Positions 29,475-38,696 of a stretch of 64,000 nt of DNA are shown here, one piece after another (position 1 is the stretch's first letter; each line of letters begins with the position of its first letter). The DNA lies in NCBI GenBank assembly GCA_966243015.1, contig CBIMES010000002.1:117458-181457 (forward strand), read 5' to 3'. The position numbers were made by a program, and so were the translations under genes. The DNA is from an uncultured bacterium (GTDB lineage Bacteria > Patescibacteriota > Minisyncoccia > Phycocordibacterales > UBA6065). Below the pieces are notes generated by a model. It ran no database searches. It saw nothing but the letters and a program-made list of their open reading frames with translations, and was not told where the DNA came from.

Positions 29475-32014
29475 CCGTCGAGCTGTACCTGGAAACTCGA
29501 TGAGGCTTCCGCCTTGTTGTACACGGTATCCGTTCCTATGACGCGGATATCGTTTTTCTCGCTGATGTTCGGGATGTCCTTGGGGCTAAACCTGAAGATG
29601 AACGGCTGTTTGTCGATGGTCTCGATGAAGGCGCCGTTTATGTAGAGGGATGCCTTTGCGAGTGAGTATCTGCCCGCTGATGACACGAAGAGCGAGATGC
29701 TCTCGTTAGGGCCATAGAGCTTCGACCCGTCGACGTTCTGGATGTGTATGGTTGGTCTGCCCTCTATTACATGCACGTCGTCCGTTTGGGTCGGTATCTC
29801 AGAGCCATCCTCGTCCTCGTACCCATTCTCGAGGGCCCATTTCCTTACAGGCGTCTCCCATCGCTCGAACTGCGGGTCGTCGGCGGGATTCTCTGGCGGT
29901 GGACCGAGCGGGTTCTTCTTGTCTATCCAGTAGAGGATTGAGTGCACCGACTGGACCTCTCGCTCCTCGCGGGTCTCTGGTGGGGTGAGATCGGTCGCGA
30001 GCTTTCCGGATATCGTGTCTACGAAATATGTCTCGCCGCCGCGCCACATGCCGTACATGATGGGCTTCAGGTTTGTCCTGTCGATTGGGTTCGGCTCGAC
30101 AAAGCGCTCGTCTGGTACGATCGCGAGGGCCTCTTTCATTGCTGCGTTCCAGAGGGGGGCAACGATTTGCCCCGCGACCTTTTTTACCATGGGCGCGTTG
30201 TCGTTGTTTCCTGCCCATACGCCGATGACGATGTTGGGGCTGTAGCCAACGGTCCATGCGTCGACCGAGTTGTTGGTGGTTCCCGTCTTCACCGCGACGT
30301 CTCGGTCGGAGAAGTTGAGCACGGAGTTCGGCCCGTAGGCCGGTGTTCGCGCCTCGTTGTCGCTCAGGATGTCTGAGACGGTTCGTGCGACGTTCGGGTC
30401 GAGAACCTGGCTTGATCGCTGGGAGGGGAGAGTGACCTCTTTTCCGTTCGAATCAAAAACCTGAAGCACAGACTTGTAAGGAACTCTTGTGCCGTCGTTC
30501 GCGAACACGCCGTAGGCGCTCGTCATCTCGAGAAGGGAGATCTCGCCGCCTCCGAGCACGAGGGTGAGGCCGTAACGGTCACCATCGGTGAGGCTCGTAA
30601 TACCCATGTCCTTGGCGAGATCAAGGGAGTCCTTGATGCCGGCGAGGTAGAGAGTCTTGATGGCTGGAATGTTGATTGATTGGGCCAGGGCGTTCCTGAG
30701 GCTGATTGGCCCTCTGAACGTCTCGTCGTAGTTTCCGGGGCTGTAGCAGACGGCGTCAGGCGTGAGGGGCTCGCTTTCGAGCGAGCATTGCGAGCTGAAT
30801 TCGGTCTTAAGGTCGAAGACGACGGTGTCGGGAGTGTATCCCTTGGTGAAAGCCTCGGCGTAGATAATCGGCTTCATCGTCGATCCCGGCTGTCTGTTCG
30901 GCGCGATGGCCGCGTTGAACTGGCCGTCGATGTCCTTGTCGAAGTAGTCTCGCGACCCAACCATGGAAAGTATCTCTCCGGTCTTTGGGTCAATTGCCAC
31001 GAGCGCCGCGTTCTCGGCGGTGAAGTCCTCTTCGTTTCTGAGGGCGGTCGCCTTCACAAGCGCCTCGTTCTTGTCCTGGAGGTCTATGTTGAGCGAGGTG
31101 ATGACTTTGTAGCCGTTGTTGTCGAGCGCCTCCTCGCCGAGTATGCCTTCGAGGTAATCCTTCACGAAGAACACAAAGTGGGGGGCTCTTATTCCGTATT
31201 TGGTCTGAGGGGAGAATGTGACCCTCTCGTTTTTCGCCTGTTCGTATTCCTCGGGGGTAATCTGTCCCGTTTCGAGCATGAGGCTGAGCACGAGATTCTT
31301 GCGGGCCTCGAGCTTGTCGGTGTTCTTTCCGTACGGCGAGTAGAAGGTCGTCGCCTGGGGAATGGCCGCAAGATACGCCGCCTCCGCCAGGGTCACGTTC
31401 TTCGAAGACTTGTTGAAGAACTGTTGTGCGGCCTCCTCGACGCCGTACATGTTGCCGCCGTACGCAGTTTCATTGAGGTAGAGCTCAAGAATCTTGTCCT
31501 TGGGAAGCTGTCTGTCGAGTTTGATGGCGAGAACCCATTCCTTCAGCTTTCGCGAAATTGTCTTGTCCGTGGTGAGCACGGTGTTCTTGATGACCTGTTG
31601 GGTGAGGGTGGATCCTCCCTGGCTGTAGCCTCCGGTCGTGAGGTTGGCAAAGACCGCGCGGATGATTGACGAGATCTTGATGCCTCCGTGCTCGTAGAAG
31701 TCCTTATCCTCGATGGCGACGGTCGCCTTCTTGATGTAGGGGGAGACGTCGTCTCCGGACACGACGGTTCTCTTCACGGTGTCGTGCAGGTCAAAGAGAA
31801 GCACTTCGCCGGTGCGGTCGTATATCTTGGTTGATTCCGATATTCTGCGCTGGTCGAAGGAGGTGAGGTCGGGGAGCCTGAACGATGAGATCCAGAGTAT
31901 GCCGCCGCCGGCGACCAGGAAGGCGAGGGAGGCGCCGAGCACCAAGAGGTCTTTCGCGGTGTGGGACTTAAAGTGTCGTACGATCTTTCGGACCGTGCTT
32001 TTTTTGGTGTGCAT
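29471..32014 (-). CDS. Class A penicillin-binding protein (transglycosylase/transpeptidase)
   Basis: EDKDFYEHGG, GGSTLTQQVIKN, RKLKE; SxxK (STMK), SIN, KTGT. Confidence 0.95.
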   Translation of the reverse strand: MHTKKSTVRKIVRHFKSHTAKDLLVLGASLAFLVAGGGILWISSFRLPDLTSFDQRRISESTKIYDRTGEVLLFDLHDTVKRTVVSGDDVSPYIKKATVAIEDKDFYEHGGIKISSIIRAVFANLTTGGYSQGGSTLTQQVIKNTVLTTDKTISRKLKEWVLAIKLDRQLPKDKILELYLNETAYGGNMYGVEEAAQQFFNKSSKNVTLAEAAYLAAIPQATTFYSPYGKNTDKLEARKNLVLSLMLETGQITPEEYEQAKNERVTFSPQTKYGIRAPHFVFFVKDYLEGILGEEALDNNGYKVITSLNIDLQDKNEALVKATALRNEEDFTAENAALVAIDPKTGEILSMVGSRDYFDKDIDGQFNAAIAPNRQPGSTMKPIIYAEAFTKGYTPDTVVFDLKTEFSSQCSLESEPLTPDAVCYSPGNYDETFRGPISLRNALAQSINIPAIKTLYLAGIKDSLDLAKDMGITSLTDGDRYGLTLVLGGGEISLLEMTSAYGVFANDGTRVPYKSVLQVFDSNGKEVTLPSQRSSQVLDPNVARTVSDILSDNEARTPAYGPNSVLNFSDRDVAVKTGTTNNSVDAWTVGYSPNIVIGVWAGNNDNAPMVKKVAGQIVAPLWNAAMKEALAIVPDERFVEPNPIDRTNLKPIMYGMWRGGETYFVDTISGKLATDLTPPETREEREVQSVHSILYWIDKKNPLGPPPENPADDPQFERWETPVRKWALENGYEDEDGSEIPTQTDDVHVIEGRPTIHIQNVDGSKLYGPNESISLFVSSAGRYSLAKASLYINGAFIETIDKQPFIFRFSPKDIPNISEKNDIRVIGTDTVYNKAEASSSFQVQLDG

Positions 32015-32083
32015 TCATGTACGATAACACCAATCAAAAGGCCTCACAAGACAATAAAATACGGCTGTGATACAGTATTTTCC

Positions 32084-33313
32084 ATGATGTTTTCAAAGAT
32101 TCTGCCCAATACCGACAAGGCGGCAATAGACAGCTTCCTCTCGCGCGGCGTCGAGGCTGTTTTCCCCTCCAAAGAGGCCTTTGCCAAGGCTCTTTCGAGC
32201 GGTAGGCGACTCTCTATGTATCTCGGCGTAGACCCGACTGGTCCAACGCTTCACCTCGGCCATGTTATCCCTCTCATGAAGCTCGCCGAGCTTCAGAGGC
32301 TTGGTCACCAGATTATCTTCCTTATCGGAGACTTCACTGCCATGATTGGCGATCCAACCGACAAGGCGGCCGCGCGCAAGAAACTCACGAGGAGGGAGGT
32401 TCTGAGAAACCTCAGACTCTACAAGAAGCAGGCGTCAAAGTTTATCTCGTTCTCAGGAAAAAACGCTGCGAAGATAAAATACAACAGTGCGTGGCTCGGA
32501 AAAATGAGCTTTGCCGATGTTGTCGAGCTCGCCTCCCATATGACGGTTGACCAGATGCTCAAGCGAGACATGTTCCGCAAGAGGATGGACGAGGGCAAGC
32601 CGGTGTTCATACATGAGTTCATGTACCCGCTCATGCAGGGATATGACAGCGTCTTTATGAACGTGGACGCAGAGGTGGGTGGAAACGATCAGACTTTCAA
32701 CATGCTCGCGGGACGAGACTTCGTTAAGTCGCTCCAGGGAAGGGAGAAGTTTGTCGTGGCGACAAGGCTCCTTGTCGACCCAACGGGCAAGAAGATGGGT
32801 AAGACCGAGGGAAACATGATTACCCTTCAGGACAGTGCGTCGGATATGTTTGGAAAGGTCATGAGTTGGTCAGATGATCTTATTGTCTCTGGTCTCGAGC
32901 TGTGTACCCCTGTCTCTGATACTGATATTGAGAAGGAGAGGGCGTTTCTCGCAAGCGGTGGCAACCCTCGTGATGCGAAGGTTCGCCTCGGCGAGGCCCT
33001 CGTCGCCCTTCACCACGGCGCCGAGGCCGCACAGAGGGCGCGCGAGTCTTTCTTCTCAACCTTTAGCGCAGGCACCATTCCCGCTGACGCACCTGAGGCA
33101 AACGTTGTCTCCGGGACCCTTCTCGTGGATGTCCTCCTTCAGAACGAAGTCGTCTCGTCGAAAACTGATTTCAGGAGGCTTGCCTCCGAGGGGGCGATCA
33201 AGAACCTGAAGAATGGGGGTGAGGCCATCAAGGCTTTTGACGCAACAATCTCCGAGGATGCCGATCTCAAGATAGGCAAGCACAGGTTCCTCAAGGTTCG
33301 CGTCAGGAAATAG
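32084..33313 (+). CDS. tyrS: Tyrosine--tRNA ligase
   Basis: YLGVDPTGPTLHLGH, IGDPT, YPLMQGYD, GGNDQ, KMGKT, C-terminal S4-like domain. Confidence 0.96.
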   Translation: MMFSKILPNTDKAAIDSFLSRGVEAVFPSKEAFAKALSSGRRLSMYLGVDPTGPTLHLGHVIPLMKLAELQRLGHQIIFLIGDFTAMIGDPTDKAAARKKLTRREVLRNLRLYKKQASKFISFSGKNAAKIKYNSAWLGKMSFADVVELASHMTVDQMLKRDMFRKRMDEGKPVFIHEFMYPLMQGYDSVFMNVDAEVGGNDQTFNMLAGRDFVKSLQGREKFVVATRLLVDPTGKKMGKTEGNMITLQDSASDMFGKVMSWSDDLIVSGLELCTPVSDTDIEKERAFLASGGNPRDAKVRLGEALVALHHGAEAAQRARESFFSTFSAGTIPADAPEANVVSGTLLVDVLLQNEVVSSKTDFRRLASEGAIKNLKNGGEAIKAFDATISEDADLKIGKHRFLKVRVRK

Positions 33314-33351
33314 CAAAAGAAAAAAGCGCCCGTTGGGGCGCTTTTCGTTTT

Positions 33352-33618
33352 CTACCAGCTCTCTTCCTCGTCTACGAGGAAGTCGTTGACTGGGTCATCG
33401 CTCTCCTCGCTGCCCTCGCCGTCTTCGTCGAGCGAGTCGTCGTCGAAGTCAGAGTCGCTGTCCTCGTCCGCGGTCTCGTCGTCATCGCTCGCGACCTTCT
33501 TTGGGCTCGGATCATCGTCACCCTCTTCCTCGTCGGTTTCCTCTTCCTCGTTCTGTGCAGCGATGGGCTTCTTTACCTCTTCCGCGTCTTCTTTTCGTGC
33601 GATTTTCTTGCTTGGCAT
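33352..33618 (-). CDS. Small extremely acidic, probably disordered protein
   Basis: 88 aa, Lys-rich start then long D/E tracts, ending FLVDEEESW; followed by a terminator. Confidence 0.7.
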   Translation of the reverse strand: MPSKKIARKEDAEEVKKPIAAQNEEEETDEEEGDDDPSPKKVASDDDETADEDSDSDFDDDSLDEDGEGSEESDDPVNDFLVDEEESW

Positions 33619-33674
33619 TTCCTTTGAAATTTAGAGTCCTCTATTTTTAGCAGATGTAGTTTTTTGACGCAATA

Positions 33675-33683
33675 TGTGGATAA
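33675..33683. promoter_or_regulatory. Perfect DnaA box
   Basis: TGTGGATAA upstream of the acidic-protein gene and 6 nt from repeat copy 1. Confidence 0.55.
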
Positions 33684-33689
33684 GTACAT

Positions 33690-33790
33690 GTACCGAGACC
33701 GTCGGAAAAAGCACGGATATTCGCCTGCTGGCGAATTCCTCGAGCTCGCGCCGGTCGCGCTCGCTAGTCTTTTTCCGACGGTCTCGGTAC
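33690..33790. repeat. Structured dispersed element, copy 1 (59-nt core closed by 22-bp perfect inverted repeat)
   Basis: Arms GTACCGAGACCGTCGGAAAAAG (33690-33711) / CTTTTTCCGACGGTCTCGGTAC (33769-33790); core 53/59 identical to 61429-61487. Confidence 0.9.
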
Positions 33791-33807
33791 TCGGCGGTGA
33801 TAGAAAA

Positions 33808-34284
33808 TTAGAAGCGTTCAATCGCGAAGCAGGTGAGACCTACGGCGATGGCGTCATACTCGTCGTCGTGCCGTATGTCCTTGTCGATTTTTATGAGGCG
33901 GGAAACCATGGCGATGACCTGTTCCTTGTCGCTCGCGCCATAGCCCGTGACGGCGACCTTGATTTGTCCGGGGCCGTACTCGTAGACGGGAAGCCTGTTT
34001 GTGGCGGCCTGGTAGAGAATGACGCCTCGGGCCTCGGCGACGGTGATGGCGCTCTTCTTGTTGCTGCTGAAGAAGAGGTTCTCGAGGCAGAGTGCCTGGG
34101 GCGCGTATTCGCCGATGATGCGGGCGATTTCCGCGCCGATGAGCCCGAGGCGTTCGTGATGGGGGAGCTTGGCCGAGGTCTTGAAGCAGTCTGAATACAC
34201 AAGCGTCTCCTTCTGGCGGGGGAGCTTCTCGATGACGGCGATGCCGAGGCGTTCGTATCCGGGATCGATGGCGATGATGCGCAT
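33808..34284 (-). CDS. ruvC: Holliday junction resolvase RuvC
   Basis: IIAIDPG, LENLFF, VAEARGV, IKVAVTGYGASDKEQV, DDEYDAIAV. Confidence 0.95.
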   Translation of the reverse strand: MRIIAIDPGYERLGIAVIEKLPRQKETLVYSDCFKTSAKLPHHERLGLIGAEIARIIGEYAPQALCLENLFFSSNKKSAITVAEARGVILYQAATNRLPVYEYGPGQIKVAVTGYGASDKEQVIAMVSRLIKIDKDIRHDDEYDAIAVGLTCFAIERF

Positions 34285-34333
34285 GTGCGTATATCATACC
34301 TCAAAACAAAAGCGGCCCGCGGGCCGCTTTTTT

Positions 34334-34861
34334 CTATTCGACGTTGGTGAAGACCTCCTGCACCTCCTCGTTCTCCTCGAGGGCGTCTACAAGCTTTCCG
34401 AGGGCCTCGAGATCCTCGTCAGAGAGGTCGACCGTCGTGTTTGGCTTCCAGCCGGCACCCTCGCGGGTGAAGGCCCATGATGCTGATCCCGGCGCGGCAA
34501 GCGACGATCCGTTCTCGGAGAGGATGTGCTTCACCTCCTGGGCGGCCTTGTTCTTGCTCGCGGTGAGCGCCTCAATAATGAGGGCGCATCCGCCCGGCCC
34601 ATATGCCTCGTAGGTGATGGACTCGAGCGCCGCGCCCGGTTCCGACGCCTTCTTGATGGCTCGGTCGATGACTTCGTTCGTGACGTCCTCGGACTTCGCT
34701 CGCTCGATAAGCGCTCGCAGCGAAGGGGAGTTTCGGTCACCCTTCACCTTCTGCGCCTCAGCGGAGATGAGCTTCGAGTATTTCGAATAGAGCTTAGACT
34801 TAGCCCCGTCAGTCTTTGCCTTCTTGTGCTTGATCTGTGACCATTTATTGTGTCCGGACAT
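34334..34861 (-). CDS. yebC: YebC/PmpR family protein (shortened)
   Basis: MSGHNKWSQIKHKK, YEAYGPGG, LEENEEVQEVFTN; 175 aa. Confidence 0.92.
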   Translation of the reverse strand: MSGHNKWSQIKHKKAKTDGAKSKLYSKYSKLISAEAQKVKGDRNSPSLRALIERAKSEDVTNEVIDRAIKKASEPGAALESITYEAYGPGGCALIIEALTASKNKAAQEVKHILSENGSSLAAPGSASWAFTREGAGWKPNTTVDLSDEDLEALGKLVDALEENEEVQEVFTNVE

Positions 34862-34951
34862 GTGGTTTTCTGATTAGTGAGAAAAGTATGTCTCAACGCT
34901 GGCCAAAAAACAACCCGCGCTTTTGGCGGGGGCTGTCTCATGGTGCGAATA

Positions 34952-35983
34952 TTACTCTTTCTTGATTTTAAGATGCGTCCAGGCCTTCTCGGTCGCCTTG
35001 CGGCCTCGGGGCGTTCGCTCGATGAGGCCGAGCTGAAGGAGGTACGGCTCGTGAACTTCCTCGACGGTGGCATCCTCCTCGGCGAGCGATGCCGCGAGGG
35101 TGTTAAGGCCGACGGGGCCGCCGTTGAACTTGTCGATGAGGGTCTTGAGAAGCTCGCGGTCGCTCTGCGAGAGGCCGAGCTCGTCGATGCCGAGCATGGA
35201 AAGGGCCCGATTGACGATGTCGGGGGAGACGGGGGTCTTCTCGACCTGGGCGAGGTCGCGCACGCGCTTGAGGAGGAAGTTCGCCGTTCGCGGGGTAAAG
35301 CGGCTGCGCTCGGCGATCTTCTGGGACGAGGCGCTGTCTATGTCGATTCCGAGAACGCGGGCCGATCGGTGGATGATGTCCTGTATCTCCTTGTCCGTAT
35401 AGAATTCGAGCCTGAAGGTTCCGCCGCTGAAGCGAGATCGGAGCGGCGCGGAGAGAAGGGCGATACGCGTCGTTGCCGCGATGAGGGTGAACGGGGGGAG
35501 TTCGAGCTGAATCGTGCGTGCGCTTGGTCCCTTGCCGATGATGATGTCGAGCGAGCCTGACTCCATGGCAGGGTAGAGGACTTCCTCAATCGCCTTGTTC
35601 AGTCGATGGATCTCGTCGATGAAGAGCATGTCTCCCGGCGCGAGGTTGGTGAGGATTGACGCGAGGTCCCCGACCTTCTCGATTGCGGGACCGGAGGTTG
35701 TCTTTATCTGCGACGCGGTCTCCTTCGCGATAAGGTGGGCCAAAGTCGTCTTTCCGAGACCTGGCGGTCCGTAAAAGAGGATGTGCTCGGGCGGGTGCTT
35801 TCGCTCCGCGGCCGCTTTGAGCAGGACCTTGAGGTTCTCCTTTATGGATTTCTGGCCAATGTATTCGTCCCACGAAGAGGGGCGCAGCGTTTGATCCAGG
35901 AAAAGGTCATCATTTCCAAAAGAGCCCTTATTTTCAGGCTTTTTATGGGTTTCCGAATCTGGGCGGGCGGGAGTACTTGACAT
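34952..35983 (-). CDS. ruvB: Holliday junction helicase RuvB
   Basis: LRPSSWDEYIGQ, GPPGLGKTTLA, FIDEIHRL, ATTR, EPYLLQ, RTPRGR. Confidence 0.97.
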   Translation of the reverse strand: MSSTPARPDSETHKKPENKGSFGNDDLFLDQTLRPSSWDEYIGQKSIKENLKVLLKAAAERKHPPEHILFYGPPGLGKTTLAHLIAKETASQIKTTSGPAIEKVGDLASILTNLAPGDMLFIDEIHRLNKAIEEVLYPAMESGSLDIIIGKGPSARTIQLELPPFTLIAATTRIALLSAPLRSRFSGGTFRLEFYTDKEIQDIIHRSARVLGIDIDSASSQKIAERSRFTPRTANFLLKRVRDLAQVEKTPVSPDIVNRALSMLGIDELGLSQSDRELLKTLIDKFNGGPVGLNTLAASLAEEDATVEEVHEPYLLQLGLIERTPRGRKATEKAWTHLKIKKE

Positions 35984-36005
35984 ATGTAAAGCTTTATGCT
36001 AAGAT
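35977..36005 (+). promoter_or_regulatory. Near-consensus sigma70 promoter driving the ncRNA
   Basis: TTGACA 35977-82, 17-nt spacer, TGc-TAAGAT 36000-05. Confidence 0.8.
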
Positions 36006-36010
36006 ACAAG

Positions 36011-36237
36011 AGTAGTCAGGTTGAAACGGCGGTACTCCAGAATATAAATCTCTAAGCAATTAAACCTTTACGGTTTACTAGTTGATATTCTCGGGACGTT
36101 CTGGTTTGCACTTCGGTGCACTTACTGGGGCTATCCTAAGAACTCTGCTTAACTTTAGATGCACATCTTTAAGTATTGCTTAGAGATTTATGTTCTCGAG
36201 CGAGAGGCTCGCTTCCGAAAGGGGCGAGCTTTTCTTT
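36011..36237 (+). ncRNA. Stand-alone structured ncRNA, 6S RNA-like candidate
   Basis: Own promoter and terminator; 22-bp closing stem 36039-60/36175-96; central region with small hairpins; apical C(UUCG)G loop; no plausible ORF. Confidence 0.65.
36206..36237 (+). terminator. Intrinsic terminator of the ncRNA
   Basis: GGCTCGCTTC-CGAAA-GGGGCGAGCT then TTTCTTT. Confidence 0.8.
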
Positions 36238-36322
36238 CCCTATGGTACTACTCCTATTACTCCCCGCAACTACGTTTTAGCAGGGGAGCACAGAGGTAAT
36301 TTTAAGTAAATCTTGACGGAAT

Positions 36323-38008
36323 TTAGACGATTTCCGAGATGTCGATGACGCGCTCGAGCTCGTCGAGCGAAGTGATGCCTTTGAGCACCTTCACGATGCC
36401 GTCCTCGCGCATGTCGGGGATCCCCTGGATGCGCGTCGCGGCCTTGATGTCGCGCTCGCTTGGGTTCTTCTCGACTGCGGATTCGAGGGTTTCGTCCGTT
36501 GCCACGGCCTCGTATATGCCGATTCGCCCCTTGTATCCGCTCTGGTTGCACGCTTCGCAGCCTGCGGCGGCCCACATCTTTTCGGTCTGGAGCCCCACTA
36601 CGGAATTTTTGTCCTGGACGCCTGAGACGATCTCGTCGACGCGTCGCTTCGTCTCGCCTTCGAGAATTACTTCCGTCTTGCAGACGGCGCAGAGCTTTCT
36701 CACCAGTCGCTGGGCGAGCACGATGTTAATCGCCGAGGTCATGGTCTTTGAGTTTACGCCGAGATCGATGAGGCGAGGGTATGCACCCGCCGCCGAGTTG
36801 GTGTGGAGGGTGGAGAAGACGAGGTGTCCCGTCTCCGCGGAGTCGACGGCGATCTTCGCGGTTTCCTCGTCTCGGATCTCTCCCACCATGATCACGTCTG
36901 GGTCTTGTCTGAGCGCCGAGCGGAGACCGAGCCCGAAGGTGTAGTTCTTGTCGGGGTTGACCTGCGTCTGTACGATGCCGGGGAGGTGGTACTCGATAGG
37001 GTCCTCGATGGTAATGATTTTAACTCCCGGGCTGTGAATCTTGCGGAGGAAGGCGTACAGGGTCGTGGTCTTTCCAGATCCCGTCGGACCGGTGGTGAGA
37101 ATCATGCCGTTTGGTCGCGCAATCTCCTTGAGGAGGATGCCAAGGAGCTTCTCGGGAATGCCGAGGTTCTCGAGGGGCACCTGAATCGAGCGGGGATTGA
37201 GGATTCGGAGCACAATGGACTCATTGTACGCGCCAGGCAAGACCGAGGTTCGGATCTCGATATCGTCCTCGCCGACCTTCACGCTGAAGCGGCCGTCCTG
37301 GGCCTCGCTCTTCACGTTGAGCTTGAGTCCCGAGAGCAGCTTGATGCGCGAGAGAAGGAGAAGGAATGTCTCGGTGTCGAAGCTGAGTATGTCTGTGAGC
37401 ACGCCGTCGAGTCGATAGCGGAGCCGCACATACGCTTCTTCCGGCTCGACGTGGATGTCTGACGCTTTGGTCGCGAGCGCTCCCGAGAGCACGATCTCGA
37501 GGATCTTCGAGATGCGGAAGCCCTTTTTGAGTTTGAGGACCTCGGCCATCGAGGCCTTCACGTCATCGATGCCTTTAATCTGGCCGAGGTAGTTTTTGAT
37601 GTCCTCGCTCGAGATGTCGAGAGCGCCCGCCTTGGTCTCCGTCGAGAAGGAGAGGTCAGCGTAGCGGCTCCAGACCTTTTCGAGGCTCGAGAGCGAGGCG
37701 ACAGCCACGGTCACCTCGTATCCCTTGTTCGTGACCGTGTCGAGGATGGCGAGGGTCTTGTCGCTGACGGGGGAGAGGACGGCGATCTTCACGCGCTTGC
37801 CGACGAGGCTGAACGGCGCGATCTTCGTGTCGCGGGCCTCCGCCTCGGTGACGACGCGGAGGGCGTCCATGTTAATAGGCACCGGACCGAGGTCCGCGTA
37901 CTCGAGGCCGTGTCGCGAGGCGATGATCTGGGCGAGATCCTCTTCCTCGCGCTTTCTGAATTCCTCGAGCTTTTTACCCTGCTTTTCCTCGTCAAATGAG
38001 AGTGACAT
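36323..38008 (-). CDS. pilB: Type IV pilus assembly ATPase PilB/GspE family
   Basis: ASDIHVEP, QDGRF, TGPTGSGKTTTLY, TIEDPIEY, LRQDPDVIMVGEIRD, TGHLVFSTLHTN, two CxxC. Confidence 0.92.
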   Translation of the reverse strand: MSLSFDEEKQGKKLEEFRKREEEDLAQIIASRHGLEYADLGPVPINMDALRVVTEAEARDTKIAPFSLVGKRVKIAVLSPVSDKTLAILDTVTNKGYEVTVAVASLSSLEKVWSRYADLSFSTETKAGALDISSEDIKNYLGQIKGIDDVKASMAEVLKLKKGFRISKILEIVLSGALATKASDIHVEPEEAYVRLRYRLDGVLTDILSFDTETFLLLLSRIKLLSGLKLNVKSEAQDGRFSVKVGEDDIEIRTSVLPGAYNESIVLRILNPRSIQVPLENLGIPEKLLGILLKEIARPNGMILTTGPTGSGKTTTLYAFLRKIHSPGVKIITIEDPIEYHLPGIVQTQVNPDKNYTFGLGLRSALRQDPDVIMVGEIRDEETAKIAVDSAETGHLVFSTLHTNSAAGAYPRLIDLGVNSKTMTSAINIVLAQRLVRKLCAVCKTEVILEGETKRRVDEIVSGVQDKNSVVGLQTEKMWAAAGCEACNQSGYKGRIGIYEAVATDETLESAVEKNPSERDIKAATRIQGIPDMREDGIVKVLKGITSLDELERVIDISEIV

Positions 38009-38046
38009 GGCCTTTATTGTAGCGCTTTAAGGCCGTTTTTCTTCTA

Positions 38047-38074
38047 TTGACAAATCGGTATTATTTGATATAAT
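38047..38074 (+). promoter_or_regulatory. Consensus sigma70 promoter
   Basis: TTGACA 38047-52, 16-nt spacer, TATAAT 38069-74. Confidence 0.75.
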
Positions 38075-38130
38075 ATACACAGAACAACATGGCATGGTGC
38101 CGTGATACAGAAACTCTGGATTTTCTACCG

Positions 38131-38622
38131 ATGCACAAGAAACTGCTAGCGATCATTGTCAGCCTGTTTGTGGTCAGTGTCTTCAGCGGATGCGCCTCGC
38201 GTCTTCAGCGGGGTGCCCGTGTCGGAGACAAGCCTCCTCTCATGTCTCAGTGGGGTAACGCCCTCTCGTTCAACATGAGTCCCGCGCAAGGTAATGTGTT
38301 TGCTCAGCCTGCGATATGGGCGGGTGATATTGCCAAGGTTCCGAATGCGACTCCTTTCACCCTTGCTATCAGGGGCAATACGAGCGACAAGGTGGTGTAT
38401 CTGAGGCCGGGCGAATCGACTGAAATCGACCTGTCTCTGACGAATTACTCGATCATGGTATATGCGCAGATTGATGGCGAGCAGCAGTTCGTTCTCTCTC
38501 GGAGCTTCGCCAGGTCGGGGGATACCGTCAACCGCTATCACTATACCTTCACGGTCAAATACTATGACGGTCCGAGTTACGAGAATCGGCTTAATCGCTT
38601 CTACGGCGAAATGAGCTGGTGA
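38131..38622 (+). CDS. Putative lipoprotein of unknown function
   Basis: MHKKLLAIIVSLFVVSVFSG-C lipobox-like; alternative start 38089; terminator at ~38636-38665. Confidence 0.62.
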   Translation: MHKKLLAIIVSLFVVSVFSGCASRLQRGARVGDKPPLMSQWGNALSFNMSPAQGNVFAQPAIWAGDIAKVPNATPFTLAIRGNTSDKVVYLRPGESTEIDLSLTNYSIMVYAQIDGEQQFVLSRSFARSGDTVNRYHYTFTVKYYDGPSYENRLNRFYGEMSW

Positions 38623-38696
38623 TCGTTCTCCTAACAGGGTCCACTTCGGTGGGCCCTTTTCTTTTGTCCGCGCCGCATCTGATATATAGTATCGGC

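Noticed and set aside
36039-36196. Long inverted repeat as a retron msr-msd or MITE
   Set aside because: No reverse transcriptase or transposase nearby and no target duplication; promoter plus terminator fit a stand-alone RNA better
28091-37462. Long antisense ORFs (28091-28930, 30680-31669, 33664-34194, 34877-35560, 36803-37462)
   Set aside because: Shadows of well-conserved genes caused by codon bias; no motifs or expression signals
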